A stretch of DNA of 64,000 nucleotides from Gammaproteobacteria bacterium (GTDB taxonomy: Bacteria > Pseudomonadota > Gammaproteobacteria > Steroidobacterales > Rariloculaceae). Positions 8,838 to 19,392 of the stretch are shown here, piece by piece. Position numbers and translations under genes: made by a program. How positions within the stretch are numbered: position 1 is the stretch's first letter; every line of letters starts with the position of its first letter. The DNA lies in the NCBI GenBank assembly GCA_035548835.1, contig DASZSB010000168.1, forward strand, positions 21,192 through 85,191, given 5' to 3'. Below the pieces are notes generated by a model that worked only from the letters and a program-made list of their open reading frames with translations, did not search any database and was not told the DNA's origin.

Positions 8838-10232
8838 ATGACGCAGAGCGAGCGGCCGGAAAGCGAACCAGAGAGCAACGGGCACGCGGCGGATGCTGCG
8901 GCGCCACGGCGAACGGGCGTGTCGCGGCGCGACATGCTGCTCGCCGCCGGTGCGGGGGCGGCAGCCGTCGTCACGCAGGCGGCCGCGCAGGAACGCCGGC
9001 GCGCCGGGCCGGCCGTGGCCACGAAGACGGTCAGGGGCCTGCCGTTTCGCGCGTTCGTGCGCCACGGCACGCAGGGCGAGGTGCTCGATCTCAAGCTGCG
9101 CGACATCACGCCGACGCAGGTCGTGGTGCGCACGCGCGGGTCGTGCGGCTGTTACACGGTCACGACGGCCGTGCTCGGCGACGCGCCGGTCGCCACGCCG
9201 AACATTCCGAATCACTCCGGCATGGGCATTGTCGAGGCCGTGGGTGCGCAGGTGCGGCGCGTGCGCGTGGGCGATCGCGTGCTCGTATCCGGCACGCCGT
9301 GGTGCGGCCACTGCCACCAGTGCTTGAGCGGCACGCCGGAGTGGTGCAATTACCTCGCGCCGAATGGTGTGCCGAACGATCCCATCGCCGACATGGCGGA
9401 CAAGACGGGCGTCATCGAAGCCGCCGTAATCGGCGGCTTGAGCGAGATCATCGTCGCCTACGAGGAATACTGCGTGCCGATCTTCTCCGACATCCCGGAC
9501 GAGCAGATCGCGATGCTCGGCGACACGGGCGCGGTGGGCATCGCGGCCACCGATGTCTACGACCCGGTGCAGATCGGCCAGAACGTGGTGATCTTCGGCG
9601 CGGGTCCGATCGGGCTCGCCGCGGTGCAGGGCGCGAAGGCGAAGGCGGCCGGCCAGATCATCGTCGTCGAGCCGGCCCGCGTTCGTCGCGACAAGGCGCT
9701 TGCGTTCGGCGCGACGACGGTGCTCGACCCCAATCAGGACACTAGCACGCTCGTCGAGCGCATCCGCGAGCTCTGCAAGGCGCGCACGGACCGGCTCGAC
9801 GCCGGTGGCCAGGTGCCCGGCAACAGCCGCTTCTCGATGCGCGGCGCCGACCTCGTCATCGAGTGCTCGGGCTTCGACCGGTTTCCGCCGAAAGTGGAGC
9901 CCGGCCCCGACCCTTCCGGGCTGCTCGCGCTGCGTCAGGCCTGGGAGGTCACGGCGCCGGGCGGCAGCCTCGTGACGCTGGCCGTGCAGAACGGCGACAT
10001 CGCGTTCCCCGGCGCCATCTTCTGCCTGTCGGGGCGGCGCATCTTCGGCGGCCAGATGGCCGGCATGAACGTCATGCGCGACACGCCGCGGTTCATCACG
10101 GCGATGGAGAAGGGGCAGGTGGACATCGGCGCGCTCGTGACGGCGAAGTATCCGCTCGAGCAGGTCAAGACGGGCTTCAAGGGGGTCGCCGACCGCACGG
10201 AGCTCGGCGTCGTGATCACATTCCCGACGTGA
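8838..10232 (+). CDS. Zinc-type medium-chain alcohol dehydrogenase family protein with Tat signal peptide
   Basis: ATG at 8838 follows GGGGGTGAGG. 'VSRRDMLLAAGAGAAAVVTQAAA' is a twin-arginine leader. Structural Zn motif 'CGHCHQCLSGTPEWC', 'NHSGMGIVEAVG', Rossmann 'VIFGAGPIGLAAV'. Confidence 0.85.
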   Translation: MTQSERPESEPESNGHAADAAAPRRTGVSRRDMLLAAGAGAAAVVTQAAAQERRRAGPAVATKTVRGLPFRAFVRHGTQGEVLDLKLRDITPTQVVVRTRGSCGCYTVTTAVLGDAPVATPNIPNHSGMGIVEAVGAQVRRVRVGDRVLVSGTPWCGHCHQCLSGTPEWCNYLAPNGVPNDPIADMADKTGVIEAAVIGGLSEIIVAYEEYCVPIFSDIPDEQIAMLGDTGAVGIAATDVYDPVQIGQNVVIFGAGPIGLAAVQGAKAKAAGQIIVVEPARVRRDKALAFGATTVLDPNQDTSTLVERIRELCKARTDRLDAGGQVPGNSRFSMRGADLVIECSGFDRFPPKVEPGPDPSGLLALRQAWEVTAPGGSLVTLAVQNGDIAFPGAIFCLSGRRIFGGQMAGMNVMRDTPRFITAMEKGQVDIGALVTAKYPLEQVKTGFKGVADRTELGVVITFPT

Positions 10233-10235
10233 CCG

Positions 10236-11633
10236 CTACGTGGGCGCGAGTCCGGCCACGATCTGGCGCGCGAGCGTGTCGTAGCCGCCGCCGAAGTGAT
10301 GCCCGCCGGGCAGGGCCACGGCCTGCACGTGGCCTGGCGGCACCTTCGGGCACAGCGAGTCGCCCTCGCTCTTGCCGTACAGACACAGCGTGTTGCGCGC
10401 GTCGAGGTGCGACACCTCGGGCATGATCGGCAGGCCGTCCGTATCGCCGCCGAGCCAGTTAGTGAAATGGAACTGGAACGACGCGTTCGCGCCGAGCCCC
10501 ATCATGACGGTGCGCTCGATGAGCGCGCGCGAGGCGGCCGGCAGACGGTTGACCGCGAACGGCAGCACGTCGGCGCCCTGCGAATAGCCCACGAGCACCG
10601 CGTGCGGCTTGTGCCACTGCGCGGCGTAGTAGCGCAGCACGCGGTCGAGGTCGCTCGCGAGCGCGTCCGGCGTGCGCGCGGTCCAGAAGTACCGCAGCGA
10701 GTCGAGGCCGATCACGGGGATGCCGCGCGCCGAGAGCGCTGCCGCGACGTCCTTGTCGAGCCCGGCCCAGCCGCCGTCGCCGGACAGCAGCACGGCGAAG
10801 GTGTCGCCGCCACCCGTGGCGGGCACCTCCACCAGCGGCAGGTCCGCCAGCGAGGCGGGCGGCGGGGGCAGCGCCGCGCGCGGATCCTGCGCGAGCGAGC
10901 GGAAGGCAGCCAGGAACTGCGGCATCCAGTTCTTCGGCACCGAGTAACCGTGGCCCACGTTCGGCAGCTCGACCAGCTTCGCGTTGTGCGTCCGAGCCAC
11001 GAACTCGCGCGTCATGGCGAGATTGCACACCTGGTCCTCGACGCCGTTCATCGCGATCCAGGGATTGCCGATCGTATTACTCGGCTGCACGTCGATGCCG
11101 CCGTCGTTCTTCCGGCGCCTGAACGTGAGGCCTTCGCCGCCGCAGAGCGGCTTCTTCAGCAGCAGGTCGGGGCAGAAGCCGAGCGACAGGCCGCCCGAGA
11201 AAGTGTTCGTCGGCGCCTGGGCGAGCATCGCGTAGGCGAGTGTCGCGCCCGACGAGTAACCCACGAGCACCGGCGCGTGATACGTCGGCAGATGGGCGTA
11301 GCTCTGCACGAAGTGCGAGAGGTTCTCGAGATCGCCGTCCGGCGACACGCAGCTCCCGCCGTCCGTCTCGAGGTTCGCGAGCAGCTTCGGCACGTCGATG
11401 CCCGCCACCATCGCGCCCTGGCCGGCCAGCGCCTGCGCCATGTCGACGACGCCGAGGTTCCAGCCGCCGTCCCCGGACAGGAACAGCACCACGGACTTCA
11501 CTTCGCCCGCGGGGCGGTACAGCGTGACGGACGCGAACCGGCCGTGCTCGAGCGTCTCCTCGCCATGCGCGGGGAGGGTTGCGAGAGTCGCGGCCAGAGC
11601 GCCTGCGAGCCAGATCGTGCGCACGTTCCTCAT
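10236..11633 (-). CDS. acvB: AcvB/VirJ-family protein (lysyl-phosphatidylglycerol hydrolase family), secreted
   Basis: 465 aa with a signal peptide. Two tandem alpha/beta-hydrolase-like halves, each carrying 'LSGDGGW' (VVLFLSGDGGWNLG / FAVLLSGDGGWAGLD), plus 'GYSSGA' and 'GYSQGA' nucleophile-elbow-like motifs. Confidence 0.75.
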   Translation of the reverse strand: MRNVRTIWLAGALAATLATLPAHGEETLEHGRFASVTLYRPAGEVKSVVLFLSGDGGWNLGVVDMAQALAGQGAMVAGIDVPKLLANLETDGGSCVSPDGDLENLSHFVQSYAHLPTYHAPVLVGYSSGATLAYAMLAQAPTNTFSGGLSLGFCPDLLLKKPLCGGEGLTFRRRKNDGGIDVQPSNTIGNPWIAMNGVEDQVCNLAMTREFVARTHNAKLVELPNVGHGYSVPKNWMPQFLAAFRSLAQDPRAALPPPPASLADLPLVEVPATGGGDTFAVLLSGDGGWAGLDKDVAAALSARGIPVIGLDSLRYFWTARTPDALASDLDRVLRYYAAQWHKPHAVLVGYSQGADVLPFAVNRLPAASRALIERTVMMGLGANASFQFHFTNWLGGDTDGLPIMPEVSHLDARNTLCLYGKSEGDSLCPKVPPGHVQAVALPGGHHFGGGYDTLARQIVAGLAPT

Positions 11634-11671
11634 GGACGGGGAGCATGCGCCGGCAAACCTGACTGAAACCT

Positions 11672-11703
11672 GAAGCCGCGCCGGCCAGGCGCGGCGCGGC
11701 TTC
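11672..11703 (-). terminator. GC-rich hairpin downstream of the amidohydrolase gene (possible terminator)
   Basis: GAAGCCGCGCCG (11672-11683) / 8-nt loop / CGGCGCGGCTTC (11692-11703) is a perfect 12 bp stem. On the minus strand only a weak T-containing tail (AGGTTTCAG) follows. Confidence 0.35.
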
Positions 11704-11718
11704 CAGGGGTGTTTCGGC

Positions 11719-12969
11719 CTACTTCTTGGCCTGGAACACGACCTCGCCGCCCTTGATCGTGGTCACCACGTGCAGCAGCGCCCGGGCGTCTTTCAGCGGA
11801 TCGCCGTCGACGATGACCACGTCGCCGAACTTGCCCGGCTCGAGCGTGCCGATCTCGGCTTGGTGCAGCGTCGAGTTCGCGGCGTTCTTCGTGATGATCG
11901 TGACGATCTCGGTCGGCGAGAACACGAGCTCGAGCTCGCGCAGCTCGTCGAGCAGCGTCTCCTTCGGCGGCCATTGCGTGTCGGTGCCGTAGCCGTAGCT
12001 CACGAGACCGTTGTTCCACAGCAGGCGTGCGTTGACCGGGCCCTGGCCGGCGCTCGACAGCGTGTGCCACGGGAACGGCTTGGCGTCGCGGAACAGCGGC
12101 GTGTCGTCGTGGCCGAAATGCGGCCCGAAGACCGCGAGGGTCGACGTCATCGGAATCTTTGCCTCCACGATCTTGCGGATCGCGTAGGGGTCCTCGTCGA
12201 GGCGGCCGATGTGCGGCGTGTGCACGAGCACGTCGGGGTGCGCCTCGATGGCGGTCAGCGTGTCCATGACGCTGACGGCGTGCACGATCGTGGGCATGCC
12301 GATCTTCTTGCCTTCCGCGACGATGAGCTTCAGCGTGTCGAGCTCCGGGCCGTTCGGCGTCGAGACCAGCACGACCTTCAGATAGTCGTAGCCGGCGCGC
12401 TTGGCGGCCTGCACCTGCTCGATCGTCTGCTCGTGCGCAATGGCCGGGGCCGGCGGACCGATGCGCGGACCGCGTGACGGATCCGTGCGTGCCGGGTCGT
12501 CGGTGCTGCGCGGGCCGGGCAGGGCGCCCGCCACCGGAATGAACGCGCCGGTGAACAGGCGCGGGCCCTTGAGCTTGCCTGCTTCGATGCTGCGCCGCGC
12601 CTCGAGGATTGGCGGCGGGTCGATGGCCGACAGCACCGTCGTGAAGCCGGCGTCGAGGAAGTCCTGCAGCTCCTTCGGCGCCACGTCGGTCAGCCATTTC
12701 GCCGGGTCGCCCGTGACGAGGTGACGGTGCGCGTCGATCAGGCCGGGCATCACGGTTTTGCCGGCCGCATCGATGCGGCGGCCGGCTGCGGCACCCGGTG
12801 CGCCGGCGGCGACGGAGGCGATCCTGCCGCCCCGGATCACGACCGAGCCGCGGTCGATCACGCGGCCGGTGCCGTCAATGATACGAGCGTTCGTGATCGT
12901 GAGGTCCTGCGCGTTCACGGCCGTCGTGCAGAGCGCGAGCAGGCCGAACAAGGTCAACGTGGTCTTCAT
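11719..12969 (-). CDS. Secreted amidohydrolase-family metallo-hydrolase
   Basis: ATG at 12969 is preceded by GGGGGA. Signal peptide MKTTLTLFGLLALCTTAVNA. 'ITNARIIDGTG...VVIRGGRI...GKTVMPGLIDAHRHL' is the classic amidohydrolase N-terminus with its HxH motif. Confidence 0.85.
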   Translation of the reverse strand: MKTTLTLFGLLALCTTAVNAQDLTITNARIIDGTGRVIDRGSVVIRGGRIASVAAGAPGAAAGRRIDAAGKTVMPGLIDAHRHLVTGDPAKWLTDVAPKELQDFLDAGFTTVLSAIDPPPILEARRSIEAGKLKGPRLFTGAFIPVAGALPGPRSTDDPARTDPSRGPRIGPPAPAIAHEQTIEQVQAAKRAGYDYLKVVLVSTPNGPELDTLKLIVAEGKKIGMPTIVHAVSVMDTLTAIEAHPDVLVHTPHIGRLDEDPYAIRKIVEAKIPMTSTLAVFGPHFGHDDTPLFRDAKPFPWHTLSSAGQGPVNARLLWNNGLVSYGYGTDTQWPPKETLLDELRELELVFSPTEIVTIITKNAANSTLHQAEIGTLEPGKFGDVVIVDGDPLKDARALLHVVTTIKGGEVVFQAKK

Positions 12970-13083
12970 GCGGGTCCCCCCAAAGAGCTCCGCGCGAGTG
13001 TAAGCAGCCGTTCGCCGATTCCGCAACGCGGCGGCGAATCCGACGGAGCGGTATGATGAGCACCCCTCACGCGACGCGAACCC

Positions 13084-14001
13084 ATGCGGCAGTCACGGCA
13101 CCTGTCCTCGCTCGGCCTCTTGCTCGGTGCGCTGGTACTCGTCTCGAGTGCGCCCGCGGACGTCCGCAATGGCGGGCGGTGGAAGGCGGGCCAGACGTTC
13201 CAGGAGTGCCGCCACTGCCCGGAGATGGTCGTCGTCCCTGCCGGTGCGTTCACGATGGGCTCCCCGCCCGACGAGCCGCTGCGTCGCGACAACGAGCCGC
13301 AGACGCGCATCACGATCGCGCGCGCATTCGCGATGGCGAAGACGCCGGTCACCTGGGACCAGTGGGAAGCCTGCGTGCGCGATCGCGCGTGTGACGGTAT
13401 TGCCGTGGACACTGCCCTGCGCACGCGCGAGAACGGCGAGCCGAACAAAGATTACAAGGACTGGGGGCGCGGGACACGGCCCGTGGTCGGGGTCAGCTGG
13501 TACGACGCCCAGGCGTTCGTCGGCTGGTTGAACCACAAGGCCGGCGCGGACGACCTGTACCGTCTGCCTTCGGAAGCCGAGTTCGAGTACGCGGCCAGAG
13601 CCGGCACGACGACGCCGTTTCCCTGGGGCACCGAGCTCGACCACGACCATGGCAACTTCGGCGCCGACGGCCACGAGCTCGGCGGCAAGGCCGAAGGCCG
13701 CGACGTGTGGGTCAACGAGACCTCGCCCGTGGCCTCGTTCCCGCCGAATGCGTTCGGCCTGTACGACATGCACGGCAACGTGTTCGAGTGGACCGAGGAC
13801 TGCTACGAAGCCGATCGCGCACATGCGCCGACGGATGGCTCGGCGAACAAGGAGGGCAACTGCGCGAACCGCGTGTTCCGCAGCGCCACCTTCATGAGCA
13901 ATCCCTACATGCAGCGCTCCGCGCGACGCGGCGCGCCGTATCCCGCCACGCAGCGCGGCCGCAACTACCTCGGCTTCCGCGTGGCGAAGACCCTGCCCTG
14001 A
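13084..14001 (+). CDS. Formylglycine-generating-enzyme (SUMF1/EgtB/PvdO) family protein, secreted
   Basis: 'FTMGSP', 'RPVVGVSWYDAQAFVGWLN', 'YRLPSEAEFEYAARAG', 'FGLYDMHGNVFEWTEDCY' and 'LGFRVA' are hallmark FGE-sulfatase domain blocks. Confidence 0.85.
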   Translation: MRQSRHLSSLGLLLGALVLVSSAPADVRNGGRWKAGQTFQECRHCPEMVVVPAGAFTMGSPPDEPLRRDNEPQTRITIARAFAMAKTPVTWDQWEACVRDRACDGIAVDTALRTRENGEPNKDYKDWGRGTRPVVGVSWYDAQAFVGWLNHKAGADDLYRLPSEAEFEYAARAGTTTPFPWGTELDHDHGNFGADGHELGGKAEGRDVWVNETSPVASFPPNAFGLYDMHGNVFEWTEDCYEADRAHAPTDGSANKEGNCANRVFRSATFMSNPYMQRSARRGAPYPATQRGRNYLGFRVAKTLP

Positions 14002-14045
14002 GACAGGGCGCAGACCAAGAACAAGAAATTCCCGAGGAATCGCGA

Positions 14046-15221
14046 GTGAAACGGAAAAGGACTTTGGTGGCTCTTGCCTGCGTCGCGTTCGCCGTCTCCG
14101 CCTGTGGCGGGTCGCAGGCGCCCGCGGGGCCGCGGGGGCCGGCGCAGGTGGGCGTGCTCACGGTCACGCCGCGTGACGTCGACATCGTGGACGAGCTGCC
14201 GGGCCGCACGCTGGCCTATCGTGTGGCCGAGGTGCGGCCGCAGGTGTCCGGCATCGTGCAGAAGCGCCTGTTCGAGGAGGGCGGCGAGGTCAAGGCGGGC
14301 GAGCAGCTCTACCAGATCGACCCCGCGACCTACACGGCGGCGCTGCGCTCGGCCGAAGCCGCGCTGCAGCGCGCGCAAGCCAATCGCGACAACGCGCAGC
14401 GCATACGTGACCGCTACGAGCCGCTCCGGGCCGCCGACCTGATCAGCAAGCAGGCCTACGACGACGCGCTCGCGGCGCTCGAGGCCGCCGAGGCGGACGT
14501 GGCGTCGGCCAAGGCGCAGGTGGAGTCGGCGCGCATCAACGTGGTGTACTGCCAGGTGCGCTCGCCGATAACGGGCCGCGTCGGCCGTTCGCTCGTGACC
14601 GAAGGCGCGCTCGTCACGTCGCAGCAGGCGTCGGCGCTCGCGGTGGTCCAGCAGCTCGATCCCATCTACGTCGACATCACGCAGTCGAGCGTCGACATGG
14701 CGCGGCTGCAGCGCGCGCTTGCGAGCGGCGAGCTGCAGCCCGACGAGCAGAATGCGGCCGAGGTCGGCCTGACGCTCGAGGATGGCACTGCGTACGCCGA
14801 GCACGGCAAGCTGCAGTTCGCCGAGGTGTCCGTCGATCCCGGCACGGGCGCCGTGGTGCTGCGCGCGCTGTTTCCGAATCCGCGGCGCGAGCTGCTGCCC
14901 GGCATGTTCGTGCGCGCGCGGCTCACGCAGGCCACGAAGCACGCTGCGCTGCTCGTGCCGCAACGCGCCGTCACGCGCAATCAGCAGGGCGATGCGGTGG
15001 TGCTGGTCGTCGGCGACGGCAACGTCGTCGCGGAGCGCCCGGTCACGGCCCCACGCACGATCGGCAACGACTGGCTCGTGACGGACGGCCTTAAGGCCGG
15101 CGAGCGCGTGGTCGTCGACGGCCTGCAGAAGGTCAGGGCCGGCACGCAGGTTGCGCCCGTAGAGGTTCCGGCGGCGCAGGCGCCGGCGGGTGCCGGGCCG
15201 GCCGGCGGCGCGCGGCGCTGA
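14046..15221 (+). CDS. RND efflux periplasmic adaptor (AcrA/MexA family) lipoprotein
   Basis: GTG at 14046 follows GAGGAA. Lipobox 'AFAVSAC'. '[43 protein letters not shown]' and '[15 protein letters not shown]' are typical. Confidence 0.9.
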   Translation: MKRKRTLVALACVAFAVSACGGSQAPAGPRGPAQVGVLTVTPRDVDIVDELPGRTLAYRVAEVRPQVSGIVQKRLFEEGGEVKAGEQLYQIDPATYTAALRSAEAALQRAQANRDNAQRIRDRYEPLRAADLISKQAYDDALAALEAAEADVASAKAQVESARINVVYCQVRSPITGRVGRSLVTEGALVTSQQASALAVVQQLDPIYVDITQSSVDMARLQRALASGELQPDEQNAAEVGLTLEDGTAYAEHGKLQFAEVSVDPGTGAVVLRALFPNPRRELLPGMFVRARLTQATKHAALLVPQRAVTRNQQGDAVVLVVGDGNVVAERPVTAPRTIGNDWLVTDGLKAGERVVVDGLQKVRAGTQVAPVEVPAAQAPAGAGPAGGARR

Positions 15222-15231
15222 GGGCTCCCGC

Positions 15232-18200
15232 GTGATCTCGCAATTCTTCATCGACCGCCCGGTCTTTGCCTGGGTGCTGGCCATCGTGCTGATGCTGGCT
15301 GGCGGGCTCTCCGTGTTCCGGCTACCCGTGATGCAGTACCCGAGCATTGCGCCGCCGCAGGTCTCGATCAACATCACGTATCCCGGCGCCTCGGCGCAGA
15401 CCGTGCAGGACACGGTCGTCCAGGTCATCGAGCAGCAGCTGAACGGCATCGACAACCTGGATTACCTGACCTCCGACAGCAACGCCGACGGCAGCGCCCA
15501 GATCACGCTGACGTTCGACCAGGCGACGAACCCCGACATCGCGCAGGTGCAGGTGCAGAACAAGCTGCAGCTCGCGATGCCGCTGCTGCCCCAGGAAGTT
15601 CAGCAGCAGGGCATCCGCGTGAACAAGCCCACGAGGAATTTCCTCGTGATCCTGGGCTTCATCTCGGCCAACGACAGCATGTCGAGCGAGGACATCGGCG
15701 ACTACGTGGCCACGAACATCCTGGACCAGCTGAACCGCACGCCCGGCGTCGGCGACGTGCAGATGTTCGGCTCGCAGTACGCCATGCGCGTGTGGCTCGA
15801 CCCCGAGAAGCTCAACAACTTCGGCCTCACGAGCTCCGACATCGCGGCCGCGATCCGCGCGCAGAACGCGCAGGTGTCGGCCGGGCAGATCGGCGGCCTG
15901 CCGGCCGTCGAGGGGCAGCAGATCACGGCGGCCATCATCGGCCCGACGCGGTTGTCCACGCCGGAGGAGTTCCGGCAGATCCTCGTGCGCGTGAACCCGG
16001 ACGGCTCGCGCCTCACGCTCGGCGACGTCGCGCGCGTGACGATGAACTCCGAGAACTACGCGCGCGACATCAAGATCGACGGCAAGCCGGCCGCCGGCAT
16101 GGCCATCCGGCTCGCCGTCGGCGCCAACGCGCTCGATACCGTCAATGCGATCCAGGCCACGCTCAAGAGGCTCGAGCCGTTCTTCCCGCCGGGGCTCCAG
16201 TCCACGTTCCCGCTCGATTCGACGCCGTTCGTGCGCGCGTCGATCGAGGAGGTCGTGTTCACGCTGCTCGAGGCCATCGGCCTGGTGTTCGTCGTGATCT
16301 TCGTGTTCCTGCAGAACCTGCGCGCCACGCTGATCCCGACGATCGCCGTGCCGATCGTGCTGCTCGGCACCTTCGGCGTGCTCGCCGCGTTCGGCTTCTC
16401 GATCAACACGCTGACGATGTTCGGCGTGGCGCTGTCGATCGGCCTGCTCGTGGACGACGCTATCGTCGTCGTCGAGAACGTCGAACGGCTCATGGTGCAG
16501 GAGCAGCTGTCGCCGAAAGACGCCACGCGCAAGTCGATGCGCCAGATCACGGGTGCCCTGATCGGCATCGCGCTCGTGCTGGCGGCCGTGTTCGTGCCGA
16601 TGGCGTTCTTCGGCGGTTCCGCCGGCGTGATCTACCGGCAGTTCTCGATCACGATGGTGTCGGCCATGACGCTGTCGGTGCTCACGGCCCTGATCCTGAC
16701 GCCCGCGCTGTGCGCCACGATGCTGAAGCCCGTGACGCCCGAGGCGCCGCACGCGCACGGCGGGTTCTTCGGCTGGTTCAACCGTGCATTCGGCGCCAGC
16801 GCGCGCGGCTACGACGCGGGTGTGGCCGGCGGTCTGCGGCGGCCGGTGCGCATGCTGTTGGTGTACGGCGGAATGGTGGCCGTGGTGGGATTCCTGTACG
16901 TGCGGCTGCCGACGTCGTTCTTCCCCGACGAGGATACGGGCATTCTGTATGGGCAGGTGCAGGCGCCGCCCGGGGCGTCGAAAGACCGGACCTGGCAGTC
17001 GCTCGACGCCATGCAGGACTACTTCCTCGGCAAGGAAGCCGATTCGGTCGAGCAGGTGCTGACCGTCGTGGGCTTCAACTTCGCGGGCACCGGCCAGAAC
17101 TCGGGGCTCGCGTTCATGAAGCTCAAGGACTGGAGTCAGCGCAAGAAGGCGTCGCAGTCCGTCAGCGCCGTCGCCGCGCGCGCCACGCAGTATTTCGCGA
17201 CGATCCGCGACGCGGTGGTCATCGCGTTTGCGCCGCCGCCCGTCATGGAGCTCGGCAACGCCACGGGCTTCGACATGCAGCTGCAGAACCGCGGCGGGCT
17301 CACGCACGACGAGTTCCTGGCCGCGCGCAACCAGCTGCTGGCCGAGGCCGCGAAGAGCCCCGCGCTCGTGGGCGTGCGCCCGAACGGCGTGGAGGATGCG
17401 CCGCAGATCAAGCTCGAGATCGACCGCGAGAAGGCCAGCGCGCTCGGCGTGTCGATCGCCGACATCAACCAGACGATCACGGCCGCCTGGGCGCCGAGCT
17501 ACGTGAACGACTTCATCGATCACGGCCGCGTGAAGCGCGTGTACCTGCAGGGCGAGGCGTACGCCCGCATGCAGCCGGAGGACCTGACGCAGTGGTACGT
17601 GCGCAATGCGCAGGGCGGCATGGTGCCGCTGGCCGCGTTCGCGACGGCGAAATGGACCTACGGCCCGCAGAAGCTGTCGCGCTTCAACGGCGTGCCTTCG
17701 TTCGAGATCCTGGGCGCGCCGGCGCCGGGCCACAGCTCCGGCGAGGCCATGGACATCATGGACAGCCTCGTCGCGAAGCTGCCGAACGGCGTGGGTCTCG
17801 AATGGACCGGCCTGTCGTACGAGGAGAAGCTCGCGGGCGCACGCGCGCCGCTGCTCTACGCGCTCTCGGTCGTGGTCGTGTTCCTGTGCCTCGCGGCTCT
17901 CTACGAGAGCTGGTCGATCCCGGTGACGGTGCTGCTCGTGGTGCCGATCGGCGTGCTGGGCGCGCTGCTCGCCACGTACCTGCGCGGCTTCTCGAACGAC
18001 GTGTACTTCCAGGTCGGACTGCTGACGACGATCGGGCTCGGCGCCAAGAACGCGGTGCTGATCGTCGAGTTCGCGAAGGCGAGCTTCGATCGCGGCACGG
18101 ATCTGAAGGAATCCGTCATCGCGGCGGCGCGGCTGCGGTTCCGCCCGATCGTCATGACGTCGCTCGCCTTCACGTTCGGCGTGCTGCCGCTCGCGATCGC

Positions 18201-18393
18201 GACGGGTGCAGGCTCGGGCGCGCAGAACTCCGTCGGCACCGGCGTCGTCGGCGGCATGATCGCCTCGACGCTGCTCGGCATCGTGTTCGTGCCCCTGTTC
18301 TTCGTCGTGATCCTGCGCGCGTTCAAGGTGCGGCCGACGAAGCTCGGCACGCCGGATCCGACCGCGGTGCCGCGCGCGATCGACGTGCCCTGA
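15232..18393 (+). CDS. RND multidrug efflux permease (AcrB/MexB, HAE1 family)
   Basis: GTG at 15232 gives '[21 protein letters not shown]', the canonical AcrB N-terminus. 1053 aa with family-wide blocks such as '[16 protein letters not shown]' and '[11 protein letters not shown]'. Confidence 0.95.
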   Translation: MISQFFIDRPVFAWVLAIVLMLAGGLSVFRLPVMQYPSIAPPQVSINITYPGASAQTVQDTVVQVIEQQLNGIDNLDYLTSDSNADGSAQITLTFDQATNPDIAQVQVQNKLQLAMPLLPQEVQQQGIRVNKPTRNFLVILGFISANDSMSSEDIGDYVATNILDQLNRTPGVGDVQMFGSQYAMRVWLDPEKLNNFGLTSSDIAAAIRAQNAQVSAGQIGGLPAVEGQQITAAIIGPTRLSTPEEFRQILVRVNPDGSRLTLGDVARVTMNSENYARDIKIDGKPAAGMAIRLAVGANALDTVNAIQATLKRLEPFFPPGLQSTFPLDSTPFVRASIEEVVFTLLEAIGLVFVVIFVFLQNLRATLIPTIAVPIVLLGTFGVLAAFGFSINTLTMFGVALSIGLLVDDAIVVVENVERLMVQEQLSPKDATRKSMRQITGALIGIALVLAAVFVPMAFFGGSAGVIYRQFSITMVSAMTLSVLTALILTPALCATMLKPVTPEAPHAHGGFFGWFNRAFGASARGYDAGVAGGLRRPVRMLLVYGGMVAVVGFLYVRLPTSFFPDEDTGILYGQVQAPPGASKDRTWQSLDAMQDYFLGKEADSVEQVLTVVGFNFAGTGQNSGLAFMKLKDWSQRKKASQSVSAVAARATQYFATIRDAVVIAFAPPPVMELGNATGFDMQLQNRGGLTHDEFLAARNQLLAEAAKSPALVGVRPNGVEDAPQIKLEIDREKASALGVSIADINQTITAAWAPSYVNDFIDHGRVKRVYLQGEAYARMQPEDLTQWYVRNAQGGMVPLAAFATAKWTYGPQKLSRFNGVPSFEILGAPAPGHSSGEAMDIMDSLVAKLPNGVGLEWTGLSYEEKLAGARAPLLYALSVVVVFLCLAALYESWSIPVTVLLVVPIGVLGALLATYLRGFSNDVYFQVGLLTTIGLGAKNAVLIVEFAKASFDRGTDLKESVIAAARLRFRPIVMTSLAFTFGVLPLAIATGAGSGAQNSVGTGVVGGMIASTLLGIVFVPLFFVVILRAFKVRPTKLGTPDPTAVPRAIDVP

Positions 18394-18405
18394 TCTCCTG
18401 CCGGG

Positions 18406-18819
18406 TCAGGACGTCGGCGGCAGCGTCTCAAAGCGCGGCAGGCTCGGGTCGAGGTGGTCCCACGGCAGTGCGCTGCGCGCATACACGACGCTCTGCGGCT
18501 TGAAGGCTCGCGGATCGTCGAGCAGCGCGGCGTTCACGATCGTGATGCCCGGCATCGCGTCACCGGTGTCGAACACCATGCTGCCGCAGTTCGCGCAGAA
18601 GTTGCGGTAGATCGGCTTGCCGCTGTCGCCGTTCTTCCCATACCGGCGGGTCTCGCCGCTGACCTTCACGGCGGGCGAGGGCAGCCCGATGGCGGCATAG
18701 TGGCCGGCCCCGATCTTCCGGCAGTCGAGGCACTGGCAGAACCCCTGGAACAGGGGCTCCGCGGCCGCCTCGAACCGAACGTTGCCGCAGAGACAGGAAC
18801 CCTTGAGCGTGGCAGACAT
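18406..18819 (-). CDS. GFA-family (glutathione-dependent formaldehyde-activating / CENP-V-like) zinc protein
   Basis: 'GSCLCGNVRF', 'CQCLDCRK' and 'FCANCGS' are GFA-family Cys clusters. 137 aa. Confidence 0.8.
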   Translation of the reverse strand: MSATLKGSCLCGNVRFEAAAEPLFQGFCQCLDCRKIGAGHYAAIGLPSPAVKVSGETRRYGKNGDSGKPIYRNFCANCGSMVFDTGDAMPGITIVNAALLDDPRAFKPQSVVYARSALPWDHLDPSLPRFETLPPTS

Positions 18820-18861
18820 GCGCGATCCCCCTCGATGTCGATTGTGGAATGCGGATTGCGT

Positions 18862-19317
18862 TCACGCCGGCGGCGCGGCGATGGCGGCCATCGTGATGCG
18901 CGAGACGCAGGTCAGCTGACCGCGCTCGTTGCGGATCTCGATGTTCCACACCTGGCTCGACCTGCCAATGTGAACCGGCCGTGCCACGCCGGTCACGGTC
19001 GAGCCCTCGGGCACCGGCCGCAGGTGATTGGCGTTGATTTCCTGGCCGACGAAGCGCCGCGTCGGATCGTGGTTGGCCGCGTTCGCGGCCAGGCTGCCGA
19101 GCGTCTCGGCCAGCACGACGGACGCGCCGCCGTGCAGCACGCGCATGGGCTGGCAGGTGCGGTGATCCGCGTGCAGCATGCCCGCGATGAAGTCAGGACC
19201 GAGCTCCGTGAGCTCGATGCCGACGTGCTCCGAGAGCGTGCGGCGCATGCGCTCGCGCATGAAGTCGAGCGTCGCGTCGGGGCGCCAGAGGGGGCGGGCG
19301 GCGGTGTCGTTGGTCAT
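18862..19317 (-). CDS. PaaI-family hotdog-fold thioesterase
   Basis: 'HGGASVVLAETLGS', 'EINANHLRPV' and 'VHIGRSSQVWNIEI' are typical PaaI/YbdB-type blocks. 151 aa. Confidence 0.8.
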   Translation of the reverse strand: MTNDTAARPLWRPDATLDFMRERMRRTLSEHVGIELTELGPDFIAGMLHADHRTCQPMRVLHGGASVVLAETLGSLAANAANHDPTRRFVGQEINANHLRPVPEGSTVTGVARPVHIGRSSQVWNIEIRNERGQLTCVSRITMAAIAAPPA

Positions 19318-19392
19318 GTCACGAGCCTGGCGGGCGTGCGCGCATCTTAGACGACTCTCGCGGCGCGGGCATCGGGCGCGGCACGGCGCAGG

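Noticed and set aside
6591-9317. ORF-track chimeric 'giant' ORFs (6591..9317, 19393..22107, 41895..45296, 25808..27994, 41946..44027, 13707..15221, 441..1724) that would extend real genes far upstream.
   Set aside because: Only the 3' portions show protein-like sequence, a signal peptide and an upstream Shine-Dalgarno. The 5' extensions overlap neighbouring well-supported genes, often antisense, and are Arg/Pro/Gly-rich noise. I used the internal starts instead.
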